NCBI GenBank assembly: GCA_964496765.1
Contig: CAZCAP010000002.1
Location: 60,001 to 92,000, forward strand
DNA from: an uncultured archaeon
GTDB taxonomy: Archaea > Iainarchaeota > Iainarchaeia > Iainarchaeales > CSSED10-239
DNA: 32,000 nucleotides
Direction: 5' to 3'
A model generated the notes under the pieces. It did not search any database and was not told the DNA's origin. It worked only from the letters and a program-made list of their open reading frames with translations. Position numbers and translations under genes: made by a program. Shown here piece by piece: positions 15,880 to 25,205 of this stretch (its first letter is position 1; each line of letters opens with the position of its first letter).

Positions 15880-18093
15880 TTAACTGCTTTTTTCTTCTGT
15901 GGATTTTTTAATCTTATTTTTCTTTGCGACTGGTGCTTTGGGTTTAATTACTTTTATAAGTTTTTCTTTTTTAATTTCTTCTTTTTTCTTAATCTTTTCG
16001 TCCTTTTCTTGTGCTTTCTTTTCTTTTGCGGCTACCTTTTCTTCTCTAGCTGCTTTTCTTTCTTCTATTTCTTTTCTCATTTCTTCTTTTGTTACACAGT
16101 TTGGGTTCAAGCACATCTCAAAATTAAGCCCTCTCTTTCCAGTCATCTTTATCATTGGTGCTTTACACTCTGGGCAAGCTCTATCCAATGGAGCTGCCTT
16201 TTTATTCTGAGGAAGTGGATAGGTTGTTCTACACTTAGGAAATCCAGAACATCCAACAAATTGCTTTCCACTAGATCCACCATATCTAATAACTAGATCC
16301 TTACCACAGTTAGGGCATTTACCAAGATATGAAGATGTGTGTATTCCACCCTTAAGTTCTTTAGCAATATCTTCTTTTTCTTTTAAAAGAATATCAACAA
16401 TTGTTTTTATGATATCTCTAGTCTTGTTTACAACATCATCTTTTTTTTTCTTACCTGCAGCAACTTCATCCATCTCTATTTCTGTGTTTGCAGTAAGAGC
16501 AGGATTAGTTATCTTTTCACAATATTTATTAAGAACAGAACAAACAGCAATTGCAATATCTGTTGGAGATATACTTTTTGCTCCTTCAATATAATTTCTA
16601 TCTTTAAGTTTTTGAATAATTGCTGGTCTAGTTGATTTTGTTCCTAAATTCTGTTCTTCCATTAATTTAATTAATCCACCTTCACTGTATTGTGCAGGAG
16701 GGGTTGTTTCTTTTTTATCAAGATTCATTTCATCTATGTTAACCTCATCTCCTTTTGCAAGATTAGGAAGGATGACTTCATTTAATTTAGAATAATAATA
16801 TATTTTTTTCCAACCAGCTTCAATAATTCTTTGACCAGAAACAGAAAAAGGTTCCTTCACAGCATCAATTACTGCTGATACATTTTCAGTAACTGCTTCC
16901 TTTGAAAGTGTTGCTAAGAATCTTCTAACAATTAATTCATATATTCTTTGTGAATTTCCAGTTAACCTATCTGAATATCCAACTGGGTGTATTGGTGGAT
17001 GATCTGTTGTTTCCTTATCCCCCCTTGATGGATGTAGAGGTTTTTTAATAATCTCATCAATATATTCTTTATATGTTCTATTTGTGGATAGGTTTTTCAA
17101 TATTTCTTTTAAATCTAGGCTCGGAGGATAAACTGTGTTATCTGTTCTTGGGTAACTAATTAATCCTTCTTGATATAGGTTTTCTGCAAGAGAAGAAGCT
17201 TGGCTAGTTCCAATTCCTAGAGAGCTTGCTGCTCTAAGAAAGCTAGTTGTATTGAAAGGTGCGGGTTTAGGAATTCTCTTTTCCTGTTTATCAACAGACT
17301 TTACAATTCCTGTTTTTGCATTTTTAATTATTTCATAAATTTTATTTGCAAGATTAAGATCAAACATTTTTCCATTTTTATGTATTCCTTCAAACTTAAT
17401 CCTGTGTTTTTCAAATATTATTCTAATCACATGATACTTTTCAGGAACGAATTTTCGTCTTTCTAGTTCTCTTTCAACAATGAGATTTAAAAGTGGGGTC
17501 TGTACTCTTCCAGCAGATAAAAACATCTTACCCTTTCTATTTCCAACAACAGAAAGATATCTAGTTAATATTGCTCCCCATAGCAAATCAATCTCTTGTC
17601 TTGTAAACACAGAATATGCAAAATTAAAATCAAATTGTCTTAGGTTTGAGAATGCATCTCCGACTTCCTTATCTGTTAATGCACTAAAATATGCTCTTGA
17701 AAGCTTTGCGTTCTTGTTTTTCTTAAGTAAATAGTTATAGGCCTCTAGTCCAATGGCTTCTCCTTCCCTATCTGCATCTGTTGCAATAATAATTTCATCA
17801 AGGTCTTTTCTTTCCTTTTCTAATTCTGAAATTATTTTTTTCTCATACCCAATATATGCGAATTTCTTATCCGCAAGTGCTTTGAGGGTATATATATTCC
17901 AATATCTGTCCTCATCAATGAAATCAACTGTATTTATGTGACCTCTGAGAGGAATAAGTAGATACTCTTTCCCAGTTGATCCCCATTTAAAGCAGGGAAA
18001 CCCTTTTTCTTGGTTTGTTTCGAAATTATTTTTTGAAAGTATTGCTGCAATTCTTTTTCCTGCAATTGGTTTTTCAGAAATAATTATTTTCAT
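15880..18093 (-). CDS. topA: DNA topoisomerase, type IA (TopA-like) with C-terminal zinc ribbons and K/E-rich tail
   Basis: Toprim domain (MKIIISEKP...ATDADREGEAIG), active-site ISYPRTDN, and zinc ribbons CPNCGK...CSGFPKC and CPECKA...CLNPNC. Confidence 0.9.
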   Translation of the reverse strand: MKIIISEKPIAGKRIAAILSKNNFETNQEKGFPCFKWGSTGKEYLLIPLRGHINTVDFIDEDRYWNIYTLKALADKKFAYIGYEKKIISELEKERKDLDEIIIATDADREGEAIGLEAYNYLLKKNKNAKLSRAYFSALTDKEVGDAFSNLRQFDFNFAYSVFTRQEIDLLWGAILTRYLSVVGNRKGKMFLSAGRVQTPLLNLIVERELERRKFVPEKYHVIRIIFEKHRIKFEGIHKNGKMFDLNLANKIYEIIKNAKTGIVKSVDKQEKRIPKPAPFNTTSFLRAASSLGIGTSQASSLAENLYQEGLISYPRTDNTVYPPSLDLKEILKNLSTNRTYKEYIDEIIKKPLHPSRGDKETTDHPPIHPVGYSDRLTGNSQRIYELIVRRFLATLSKEAVTENVSAVIDAVKEPFSVSGQRIIEAGWKKIYYYSKLNEVILPNLAKGDEVNIDEMNLDKKETTPPAQYSEGGLIKLMEEQNLGTKSTRPAIIQKLKDRNYIEGAKSISPTDIAIAVCSVLNKYCEKITNPALTANTEIEMDEVAAGKKKKDDVVNKTRDIIKTIVDILLKEKEDIAKELKGGIHTSSYLGKCPNCGKDLVIRYGGSSGKQFVGCSGFPKCRTTYPLPQNKKAAPLDRACPECKAPMIKMTGKRGLNFEMCLNPNCVTKEEMRKEIEERKAAREEKVAAKEKKAQEKDEKIKKKEEIKKEKLIKVIKPKAPVAKKNKIKKSTEEKSS

Positions 18094-18143
18094 TTTAATG
18101 TATCCATATATTTTGTTTATAACCCACTAGAAAAAGAAATAAA

Positions 18144-18614
18144 TTAGAAGGTTGTTTGTAAAATCTTACTTGGTAAGTTTTTGCTTGCCTTGTATTCTTT
18201 AATGTAGGTAAGTGTATTTACATTTGTGATTCCATCTATTGAATAAACATTATCCAATATTTTTTTAAGATTGTTTTTGTCGGTTGCAATTACCTCTGCA
18301 ACAAAATTGTATTGCCCAGTAACCCCCTTGAGTGCAATTACGTCTTCCATGTCCTTTAGTTTTTTAATAATCTCGTTTTGCTTTGGAGGATCAATCATTA
18401 TCAGCATTTCTATGTGTTCAGAAAATCCAATAATTGTGTAATCCACTTCTGCAAATATGGATTTAATAATTCCCTTTTGCTTTAGTCTTTCAAGGCGCTT
18501 CTTAATTGCAACATCTGTTAAATTTATTTCCTTAGCAATATTTGCAAAAGAAATTCTCCCATCTACTATTAATTTTTCAATAATGTGTTTATCTATTTTA
18601 TCTATCACTTGCAT
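18144..18614 (-). CDS. Lrp/AsnC family transcriptional regulator
   Basis: An N-terminal HTH (DKHIIEKLIVDGRISFANIAKEINLTDVAIKKRLERLKQKGII) is followed by a RAM/ACT-like domain. Length is 156 aa. A GAGGGTG SD lies upstream. Confidence 0.85.
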   Translation of the reverse strand: MQVIDKIDKHIIEKLIVDGRISFANIAKEINLTDVAIKKRLERLKQKGIIKSIFAEVDYTIIGFSEHIEMLIMIDPPKQNEIIKKLKDMEDVIALKGVTGQYNFVAEVIATDKNNLKKILDNVYSIDGITNVNTLTYIKEYKASKNLPSKILQTTF

Positions 18615-18634
18615 AATAACACCCTCTAGTTTAA

Positions 18635-19351
18635 TTATAATTGACTTCTTGGTTTTAATAATCTGTATTTGTTTAGATATACTTCTGTTTTAAGTATTTC
18701 AATATATGGAATTATAAATATCACAAATACAAATATTGAAATAATTGGACCCACAATACTTCCAAATGCAATATCAATAATATATGTTATGAACATTAAA
18801 AGAAATGCAGCAACAAACAAACTAATCATAAAGAACCAATTTCTTTTCCAATATTTTGTACTAATTATTATAGATGCGCCTATAGATTCCTTTTCCATAA
18901 TAATAACCTGTGGAACAAACCAAAGCATTAGTGTTATTATTAATAAAACTAATGATATGATAATATTATTCAATAGAAATAAATTGTATAGCACTACAGA
19001 TATTCCGTACATTAATAAAAAGAAAACCCAATTGAATTTAGTTAACTTAATGAAATGTGATTTAATATCCCTTGCCTGAACCCTATCACTAATCTTATAG
19101 TCTGATCCAATTCTATAAATTAAAACAGTTTGTATAAGACTGTACACAAAAATTATTACAAGACAGGATATTATTGTTAATATGATGTCTCCTGGAACCT
19201 GATCAAGAATATTATATGAAATATTAAGATTACCACCAAACACACTAAATATTGGATTTATTAAAAATAATAAAAACAAAAATAGTACGCTTAATGAAAG
19301 AATTATTTTATAATTTTCAAAATATTTTCTAAAAGTAATTCCAATATCCAT
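18635..19351 (-). CDS. polytopic membrane protein, unknown function
   Basis: 238-aa ORF with about 6 hydrophobic segments. It sits 20 nt upstream of the Lrp gene on the same strand. Confidence 0.65.
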   Translation of the reverse strand: MDIGITFRKYFENYKIILSLSVLFLFLLFLINPIFSVFGGNLNISYNILDQVPGDIILTIISCLVIIFVYSLIQTVLIYRIGSDYKISDRVQARDIKSHFIKLTKFNWVFFLLMYGISVVLYNLFLLNNIIISLVLLIITLMLWFVPQVIIMEKESIGASIIISTKYWKRNWFFMISLFVAAFLLMFITYIIDIAFGSIVGPIISIFVFVIFIIPYIEILKTEVYLNKYRLLKPRSQL

Positions 19352-19495
19352 ACCTGACCATCTTCTTTCTATGTTTTATTCAATATATAATATAATTTGT
19401 TTTCTATATAATTAGTCTATCAAATAATTTATATACTTAACATTTTTAGGGGATATTCTTTAGTTTTCATCCCAAGGGTGTTTTTTATTGCTTTT

Positions 19496-20716
19496 TTACC
19501 CAAGAAGATAGTATTCTTTAGACCCATTTATCTTGATTTTTGCTATGTTTCCTAGCTTAATTTTTCCATTTTTATTTGATTTTATAACAACAGGCAGATA
19601 TTCCTCTGTTTTTCCAAGAAATTCGTTTTTGTTTGTGGCTTGTTCGTTGACTAGAACCTGTTTGGTTTGTCCAACAAATATAACAGAATTGTTCCTTGCA
19701 ATCTCTTTTGCAACCTTCGCAAGAATTCTAGATCTCTCCTTCTTAATTTGTCCGTGGAGATCCTTTAGGTTATTTGCTTCTATTCCTTTTCTTTTTCCAA
19801 ATCTTGAAATATTAATTAATGGGGGTTTAATTTTTTTAATAAATTTTATTGTGTTTTCAAACTCTTTTTCTGTTTCTTCTGGAAAACCAACAATCACATC
19901 TGTTGCAATTGTTATTGTTGGGTGAACTTTTCTAAAATAATTAATAATGGTTTCAATTTCCTGCGTTTTATAATATCTATTCATTTTTTTTAGTGTGTTA
20001 TTATCTCCTGCTTGAATAGGGATGTGTAGGAACTTATAAATTTTTTTGTTTTTATATACTTTAGCAAGTTCTTTATAAAATTTAATTAGATGTTGTGGGT
20101 TTGCCATTCCTAATCTTATTCTAAATTCACCAGGTATTTTAATTATTTCTTTAAGTAGATTTACTATGTTTGTCTTAATATCTAATCCATAGCAACCAGT
20201 GTCCTGGGCAGTAAGTAATATTTCTTTTGATCCGTTTTTTAGTGCAAATTTAGTTTCCTCTAGTATTTCCTTAATTAGTTTACTTTTCAGTCTTCCTCTT
20301 GCAAATTTGACTGCGCAATAAGTGCATGCTCCAAGACAGCCGTTTGCAATAATTATTGCCTGAGTTATTTTTTTCTGAGATTTAATTTTACTTTTAGAAA
20401 AAATTAATTTTTTTAATTTTTTTACATCTTTTAACCCAAAATAGTTTGCTTTTGGGCACGTTCTTCTAAGTCCAGATGAATCAATATCAACAAGACACCC
20501 AAACAATATAATTTTTTTATCTTTCGTTCCATTTTTTTTAAGTTCCTGCAGATATTTAATTATTTTAAACTCTGTTTGTTCTTTAACCCCGCAGGTGTTT
20601 ATAAGAATAAAATCCGCAGAATTTATATTTTCTGTTAATATTGTATGATTGGTTAATTCTTCACTAGTTCTTTGATTTAGAGTGCATCCAAATGTTTTAA
20701 CAAATATAGTTTTCAT
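19496..20716 (-). CDS. radical-SAM methylthiotransferase, MiaB/MtaB (CDKAL1-like) family
   Basis: N-terminal UPF0004 domain (VKTFGCTLNQ), radical-SAM cluster CLGACTYCAVKFARG, and a C-terminal TRAM-like domain. A GGTGGAG SD lies upstream. Confidence 0.85.
   Translation of the reverse strand: MKTIFVKTFGCTLNQRTSEELTNHTILTENINSADFILINTCGVKEQTEFKIIKYLQELKKNGTKDKKIILFGCLVDIDSSGLRRTCPKANYFGLKDVKKLKKLIFSKSKIKSQKKITQAIIIANGCLGACTYCAVKFARGRLKSKLIKEILEETKFALKNGSKEILLTAQDTGCYGLDIKTNIVNLLKEIIKIPGEFRIRLGMANPQHLIKFYKELAKVYKNKKIYKFLHIPIQAGDNNTLKKMNRYYKTQEIETIINYFRKVHPTITIATDVIVGFPEETEKEFENTIKFIKKIKPPLINISRFGKRKGIEANNLKDLHGQIKKERSRILAKVAKEIARNNSVIFVGQTKQVLVNEQATNKNEFLGKTEEYLPVVIKSNKNGKIKLGNIAKIKINGSKEYYLLG
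19668..19685 (-). repeat. motif copy 5: TGTCCAACAAATATAACA (plus-strand reading), inside the MtaB-like CDS
   Basis: Exact 18-mer encoding ..NSVIFVGQT.. on the minus strand. It has the same orientation as the gene and lies ~330 nt upstream of the next minus-strand start (19351). Confidence 0.85.
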
Positions 20717-20763
20717 AAATATACTCCACCAATTGAATAGGTGTACAATAAAATATTATGAAA

Positions 20764-21162
20764 TTATTTTTCAGAAAAAATAATTCCAAATATCCCTGCT
20801 ATAATGAATTCTAAGAATGCTGAATCTAAAAGCATTTTAAAAAATTGTAATTGCATTGGCCAGGTTGGATTTAACAACTTAATCTGCCATGCATAAAATA
20901 AGACTGCAATATAGAATGCAAATACTCCTGCAATTGCAAAAATTATTGCAATCCAATACTTATTTTTATAATTAGTATATTTTTCTATTATTGGAGTTAA
21001 ATAATAAAATCCAATGAATCCAATAAGTGGAAGAAATATGTACATGGGTGTTGTGAAATAATTACTTTTCGTTAATAGATAAATTAAACCCTGTGAAATC
21101 ACAAAAGATATAATTAACCACACACTAAACCTAATAACTTTATTTCTTCTTTCTTTCTTCAT
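20764..21162 (-). CDS. small membrane protein (4 predicted TM), unknown function
   Basis: 132-aa ORF with four hydrophobic stretches. No family recognised. Confidence 0.6.
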   Translation of the reverse strand: MKKERRNKVIRFSVWLIISFVISQGLIYLLTKSNYFTTPMYIFLPLIGFIGFYYLTPIIEKYTNYKNKYWIAIIFAIAGVFAFYIAVLFYAWQIKLLNPTWPMQLQFFKMLLDSAFLEFIIAGIFGIIFSEK

Positions 21163-21287
21163 ATTAATTTTCCTAATAAATGTTGATATATATAGAACAA
21201 TAAAAAGTGTTATAAATATATTGGGTTATTATTTTAAGTGTAATATAGATATAATATATTGAAAATAGAACCTAGATTGCGATATTT

Positions 21288-22277
21288 ATGACTCAAAAGA
21301 ACGAAAACACCTTTCCCTGGACTGAAAAATACAGACCAAAGAGGTTAGCTGACGTGGTTGGGCAAAAACACATCCTTGAAAGATTAAAAAAGTATGTGGA
21401 GAAAAGATCAATTCCAAACATGTTGTTTTCTGGACCTCCTGGGGTTGGTAAAACTTGTTGTGCAGTTGCTCTTGCAAGAGAGTTATTTGGACCCACTTTT
21501 AATCAGGATTTTTTAGAACTTAATGCATCCGATGAACGTGGAATTGGTATAGTTAGAGGAGAAATAAAAGAATTCGCAATGACCATCCCTCTCGGAGCTG
21601 ATTTTAAAATTATTTTTTTGGATGAGGCTGATGCCCTTACTGTTGATGCTCAGCAGGCACTAAGAAGAACCATGGAAAAGTATACTGGAACCGTTAGATT
21701 TATTTTAAATGCAAACTATGCATCAAAATTAATTTCTCCAATTCAAAGCAGATGTTCTTTATTTAAATTTAAACCTCTATCTAGAGAAGAGGTTTCTGAT
21801 AAAATAACTGATGTAGTAAAACACGAAAATATAAAAATAGATGATGATGCAATAAATGCAATTTATGACATTTGTGAAGGAGATATGAGACTTGCTCTTA
21901 ATTATCTTCAAAGTTCAGCATCAACAACTGATCACATTAAAAAAGAAACAATATATAGTGTTTCAAATGCAGCACAACCAAAGGACATTTTAAATCTTAT
22001 TGATTCTTGTCTTGCAGGTAATTTTCTTGATGCTAGAAAGCATTTAGAAACATTATTATTTGATCAGGGGCTATCGGGAGAGGACATAATTAGTCAACTA
22101 TATAAAAAAATAGTTTCCTATCCTGAAGAAAAATTAAATATAAAACACAAAATACAAATAATAGATAAGATAGCAGAAATTAACTTTAGGCTAGTGGAGG
22201 GTGCAAACGATAGAATACAATTGGAAGCACTTCTAGCACAAATAATATTAATAAACCACATAAATAAGGGTGAATAA
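21288..22277 (+). CDS. rfcS: replication factor C small subunit
   Basis: PWTEKYRPKRLADVVGQ, LFSGPPGVGKT (Walker A), IIFLDEADALT (Walker B), SRC motif (IQSRCSLFKF). Confidence 0.95.
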   Translation: MTQKNENTFPWTEKYRPKRLADVVGQKHILERLKKYVEKRSIPNMLFSGPPGVGKTCCAVALARELFGPTFNQDFLELNASDERGIGIVRGEIKEFAMTIPLGADFKIIFLDEADALTVDAQQALRRTMEKYTGTVRFILNANYASKLISPIQSRCSLFKFKPLSREEVSDKITDVVKHENIKIDDDAINAIYDICEGDMRLALNYLQSSASTTDHIKKETIYSVSNAAQPKDILNLIDSCLAGNFLDARKHLETLLFDQGLSGEDIISQLYKKIVSYPEEKLNIKHKIQIIDKIAEINFRLVEGANDRIQLEALLAQIILINHINKGE

Positions 22278-22279
22278 AT

Positions 22280-24043
22280 TTGCCAACATATTTAGATGAA
22301 CTTGTTTCAAAATACAATAAACCAAAGGACGCAGGAACTCCAGAGGTGATCTCTGATTCCTCAAAACCAAAAACAGACTCAAATGATTTTAAAGAAAAAG
22401 TAATTTCAATTGATGCAATTTCACAAAACAAACCAGTTCAAAATATAGGTTCTATTTCACCTCCTGAAATTAAAAAAGAAGAAATAAAAGATATGAATCA
22501 ACTAACTTCCATTAAAGATTTAATTTCAAAGAGTACAAGCGATGAAAATAAAATAAACAAACTGGATGATTCATCAAATTTTGATGATTATTTGTCTGGT
22601 AAAAAAACAACCCTAATAACTAAGTATGGGCAAACAGAAATTTATAGAATCGAGGGTGAACAATTATTACATTATAAAATTCCAATTCCAAAACCAAATC
22701 CTTCTCAAAAACTTATTATAAACACATTAAAAGAAGCAACAACCAGATTGATTTCATCAGACCCCTATAAAATAAGGGATCCACTACAGAGAAGGAATAT
22801 CTATTATCAAAAAATAATTGAAATTTTAGAAAACGCATCTGAAATAAATATTCCAAAGCACATGTTTGATTTTTATGCGGATGCGGTTGTTAAAGAAATG
22901 ACTGGTTATGGAATAATTGAACCACTACTTCAGGATGATAAGCTTGAAGAAGTAATGATTGTTGGACCAAAAAAACCAGTGTATGTTTATCATTCAGAAT
23001 ATGGTATGCTTAGTACAAACATCGCTTTTAATACTGATGAAGAAATAGAAGAAATAATCGATAAAATCGCAAGAACTCTTGGTCGTCAGGTTGATATTTC
23101 AAATCCAATTCTTGATGCAAGACTACCAGATGGTTCTCGTGTTAATGCAACCATCCCTCCTGCATCCATTGATGGTGCAACAGTTACAATTAGAAAATTC
23201 AGAGCAGATCCCTACACAATTGTAGATATAGTTAATAAAAAAACAGTAAATGTAGAGGTTGCTGCATTTCTATGGTCTGTTGTTGAGGGTTTTGGAGCAA
23301 AACCAGCAAACATATTAATTTCTGGAGGAACAGGTTCAGGAAAAACAACTCTATTAAATGTTTTAGCAAATTTCATTCCTGAAAAAGATAGAATATTAAC
23401 AATTGAGGACACTGCAGAATTACAATTACCATTGAAGCATCTAATTAGATTTGAAGGGAGACCACCTGGAGTTGAAGGAAAAGGTGAATTAAGTTTAGAG
23501 ATATTAACTAAAAACACATTGAGAATGAGACCAGATAGAATAATTGTAGGAGAAATTCGTCATAAGGAAGCAAACGCATTATTCACTGCAATGAACACTG
23601 GTCACGATGGATGTATGGGAACTATCCATGCAAATTCAGCAAGAGAAACACTTGTAAGAATAACCTCTCCACCAATGAATGTGCCTATGCTTATGCTTGC
23701 AGGATTAGATTTTATAATTATTCAAAAAAGGATTGCTACACCAAAAGGCCAAGTTAGAAGAATCACTGCAATTGCAGAGGTTACCGGTGTTTTAGATAAC
23801 GATCCAAAAGCTAATATTATATTTCAATGGAATCCTCAAACAGATGAGCTTGAAAGGACAGATCTCCCAATACGCTATTTTGATACAATAAAAAACTATA
23901 CAAATTTATCAGATTTAGATATAAAACAAAAAATCGAATCAAGGATAAAGATTTTAAATGAGATGGTTACTAATAAAGTAAGAGACTTAACTGAAGTTTC
24001 AAAAATTATCCAAGGAAGTTATGCGAAAATCATATATAATTAA
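22280..24043 (+). CDS. type IV pilus/secretion assembly ATPase (PilB/ArlI/TadA-VirB11 superfamily)
   Basis: Walker A ISGGTGSGKTTLLNVL, Asp box ILTIEDTAEL, Walker B DRIIVGEIR, His box GHDGCMGTIHANS. A TTG start at 22280 sits 6 nt after GGGTGA. There is a ~120-aa S/K/D-rich N-terminal extension. Confidence 0.9.
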   Translation: MPTYLDELVSKYNKPKDAGTPEVISDSSKPKTDSNDFKEKVISIDAISQNKPVQNIGSISPPEIKKEEIKDMNQLTSIKDLISKSTSDENKINKLDDSSNFDDYLSGKKTTLITKYGQTEIYRIEGEQLLHYKIPIPKPNPSQKLIINTLKEATTRLISSDPYKIRDPLQRRNIYYQKIIEILENASEINIPKHMFDFYADAVVKEMTGYGIIEPLLQDDKLEEVMIVGPKKPVYVYHSEYGMLSTNIAFNTDEEIEEIIDKIARTLGRQVDISNPILDARLPDGSRVNATIPPASIDGATVTIRKFRADPYTIVDIVNKKTVNVEVAAFLWSVVEGFGAKPANILISGGTGSGKTTLLNVLANFIPEKDRILTIEDTAELQLPLKHLIRFEGRPPGVEGKGELSLEILTKNTLRMRPDRIIVGEIRHKEANALFTAMNTGHDGCMGTIHANSARETLVRITSPPMNVPMLMLAGLDFIIIQKRIATPKGQVRRITAIAEVTGVLDNDPKANIIFQWNPQTDELERTDLPIRYFDTIKNYTNLSDLDIKQKIESRIKILNEMVTNKVRDLTEVSKIIQGSYAKIIYN

Positions 24044-24058
24044 ATTGATTGAATTGAT

Positions 24059-25201
24059 ATGGATGACAAAAAATTAATTAGATTAAAAGAAGACACCATA
24101 AAGAGTCCAACTAAAAAGAGTAACGTAGACTTGGATGTGGTTCAAAACATTGTTAATAAGATGAAAAAGAAATCTGCTGCCCAGGGGACGGCTGGAAATG
24201 TTTCTGAAGTTCATTTGAAAGAGCTACGAGAAATAATTTCTGAAGGGAAGTTATCTAATCTTGATGCAGACACAGAATCTAAATTAGTATCTGGGAATGA
24301 TTCTTCTTTAGAAAAAAGTTTAGTTAAATTTTATAAACCATTTAAAGCATTTATTAATTACATAGTGATGCTCATTGCAAAAAATTCAATTGGTAAAAAA
24401 ATATCTTTTTATTTAACATCTGCTAACATTAAAAAAACATTAGTTCAACATTTGGTTTTTTCAGTATTATTTTCTATGTTAATTTCTGGATTTATTTCTT
24501 TATTATTAGTTTTATTATTTACCTATTATAATCCACTTCTATTGATTATAATTCCATTTGTTTTTATTGGTCTTTTAGCCATATTAATTTTAATGTTTGC
24601 ATATTTGTTACCTATGCAAAAAGCGAAAATAAGAGGGGTTTTAATTGATGTTGAATTACCCTATGCTCTTCGTCACATAGCAACAGAATTGCAAGCAGGA
24701 ATTGGGTTATTTAAGGTTTTACAATCTGTTGCAAAGAATGATTATGGTGTTCTTTCTGAAGAAATGAATAGAACAATATTAGAGATTGAAAATGGAACAG
24801 ATACAAAAACCGCACTAAGACATGCTACTCTTAGAAGTCAATCTAAAAATTATAATATTGCGTTATTCCACATTGTAAGAACTCTAAACACTGGTGGTAA
24901 TCTTGCAGAAACAATTAATGGGGTTGCTGATTCTGTTTCTTTTGATTTAATGGAATCTGCAAAAGTATTCGGAGAAAAAATGAATTTCTTTGGAATTATT
25001 TTTATTTTTATGGCAATCGTTATGCCTGTGTTTGCTTCGATTTTAGGTGCAATTGCAAACTCACCATTGGGTCAGGATGGGTCTCTATTCCTTCCTGGAG
25101 TGATGACACCAACTATATTGAGTTTAATTTATTTAGTTGCTTTACCAATAATATTTATATTTTTAATATTGTATATTAAAATGATAGAACCAAAGATGTG
25201 A
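24059..25201 (+). CDS. T2SSF-domain pilus platform membrane protein (TadB/TadC/ArlJ-like), copy 1
   Basis: One T2SSF-like cytoplasmic domain (ELPYALRHIATELQAGIGLFKVLQSVAKNDYGVLSEEMNRTILEIENGTDTKTAL) is flanked by TM helices. There is a ~110-aa N-terminal soluble extension. Confidence 0.8.
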   Translation: MDDKKLIRLKEDTIKSPTKKSNVDLDVVQNIVNKMKKKSAAQGTAGNVSEVHLKELREIISEGKLSNLDADTESKLVSGNDSSLEKSLVKFYKPFKAFINYIVMLIAKNSIGKKISFYLTSANIKKTLVQHLVFSVLFSMLISGFISLLLVLLFTYYNPLLLIIIPFVFIGLLAILILMFAYLLPMQKAKIRGVLIDVELPYALRHIATELQAGIGLFKVLQSVAKNDYGVLSEEMNRTILEIENGTDTKTALRHATLRSQSKNYNIALFHIVRTLNTGGNLAETINGVADSVSFDLMESAKVFGEKMNFFGIIFIFMAIVMPVFASILGAIANSPLGQDGSLFLPGVMTPTILSLIYLVALPIIFIFLILYIKMIEPKM

Positions 25202-25205
25202 TTAT

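Noticed and set aside
10825-19925. Numerous 60-136 aa ORFs antisense to nrdJ, CDC48, topA, Lrp, the membrane protein and the MtaB-like gene (for example 11103-11393, 13520-13771, 14396-14767, 15899-16296, 18669-19079, 19533-19925)
   Set aside because: All are fully embedded antisense to long, well-supported genes and have low-complexity translations. They are shadow ORFs.
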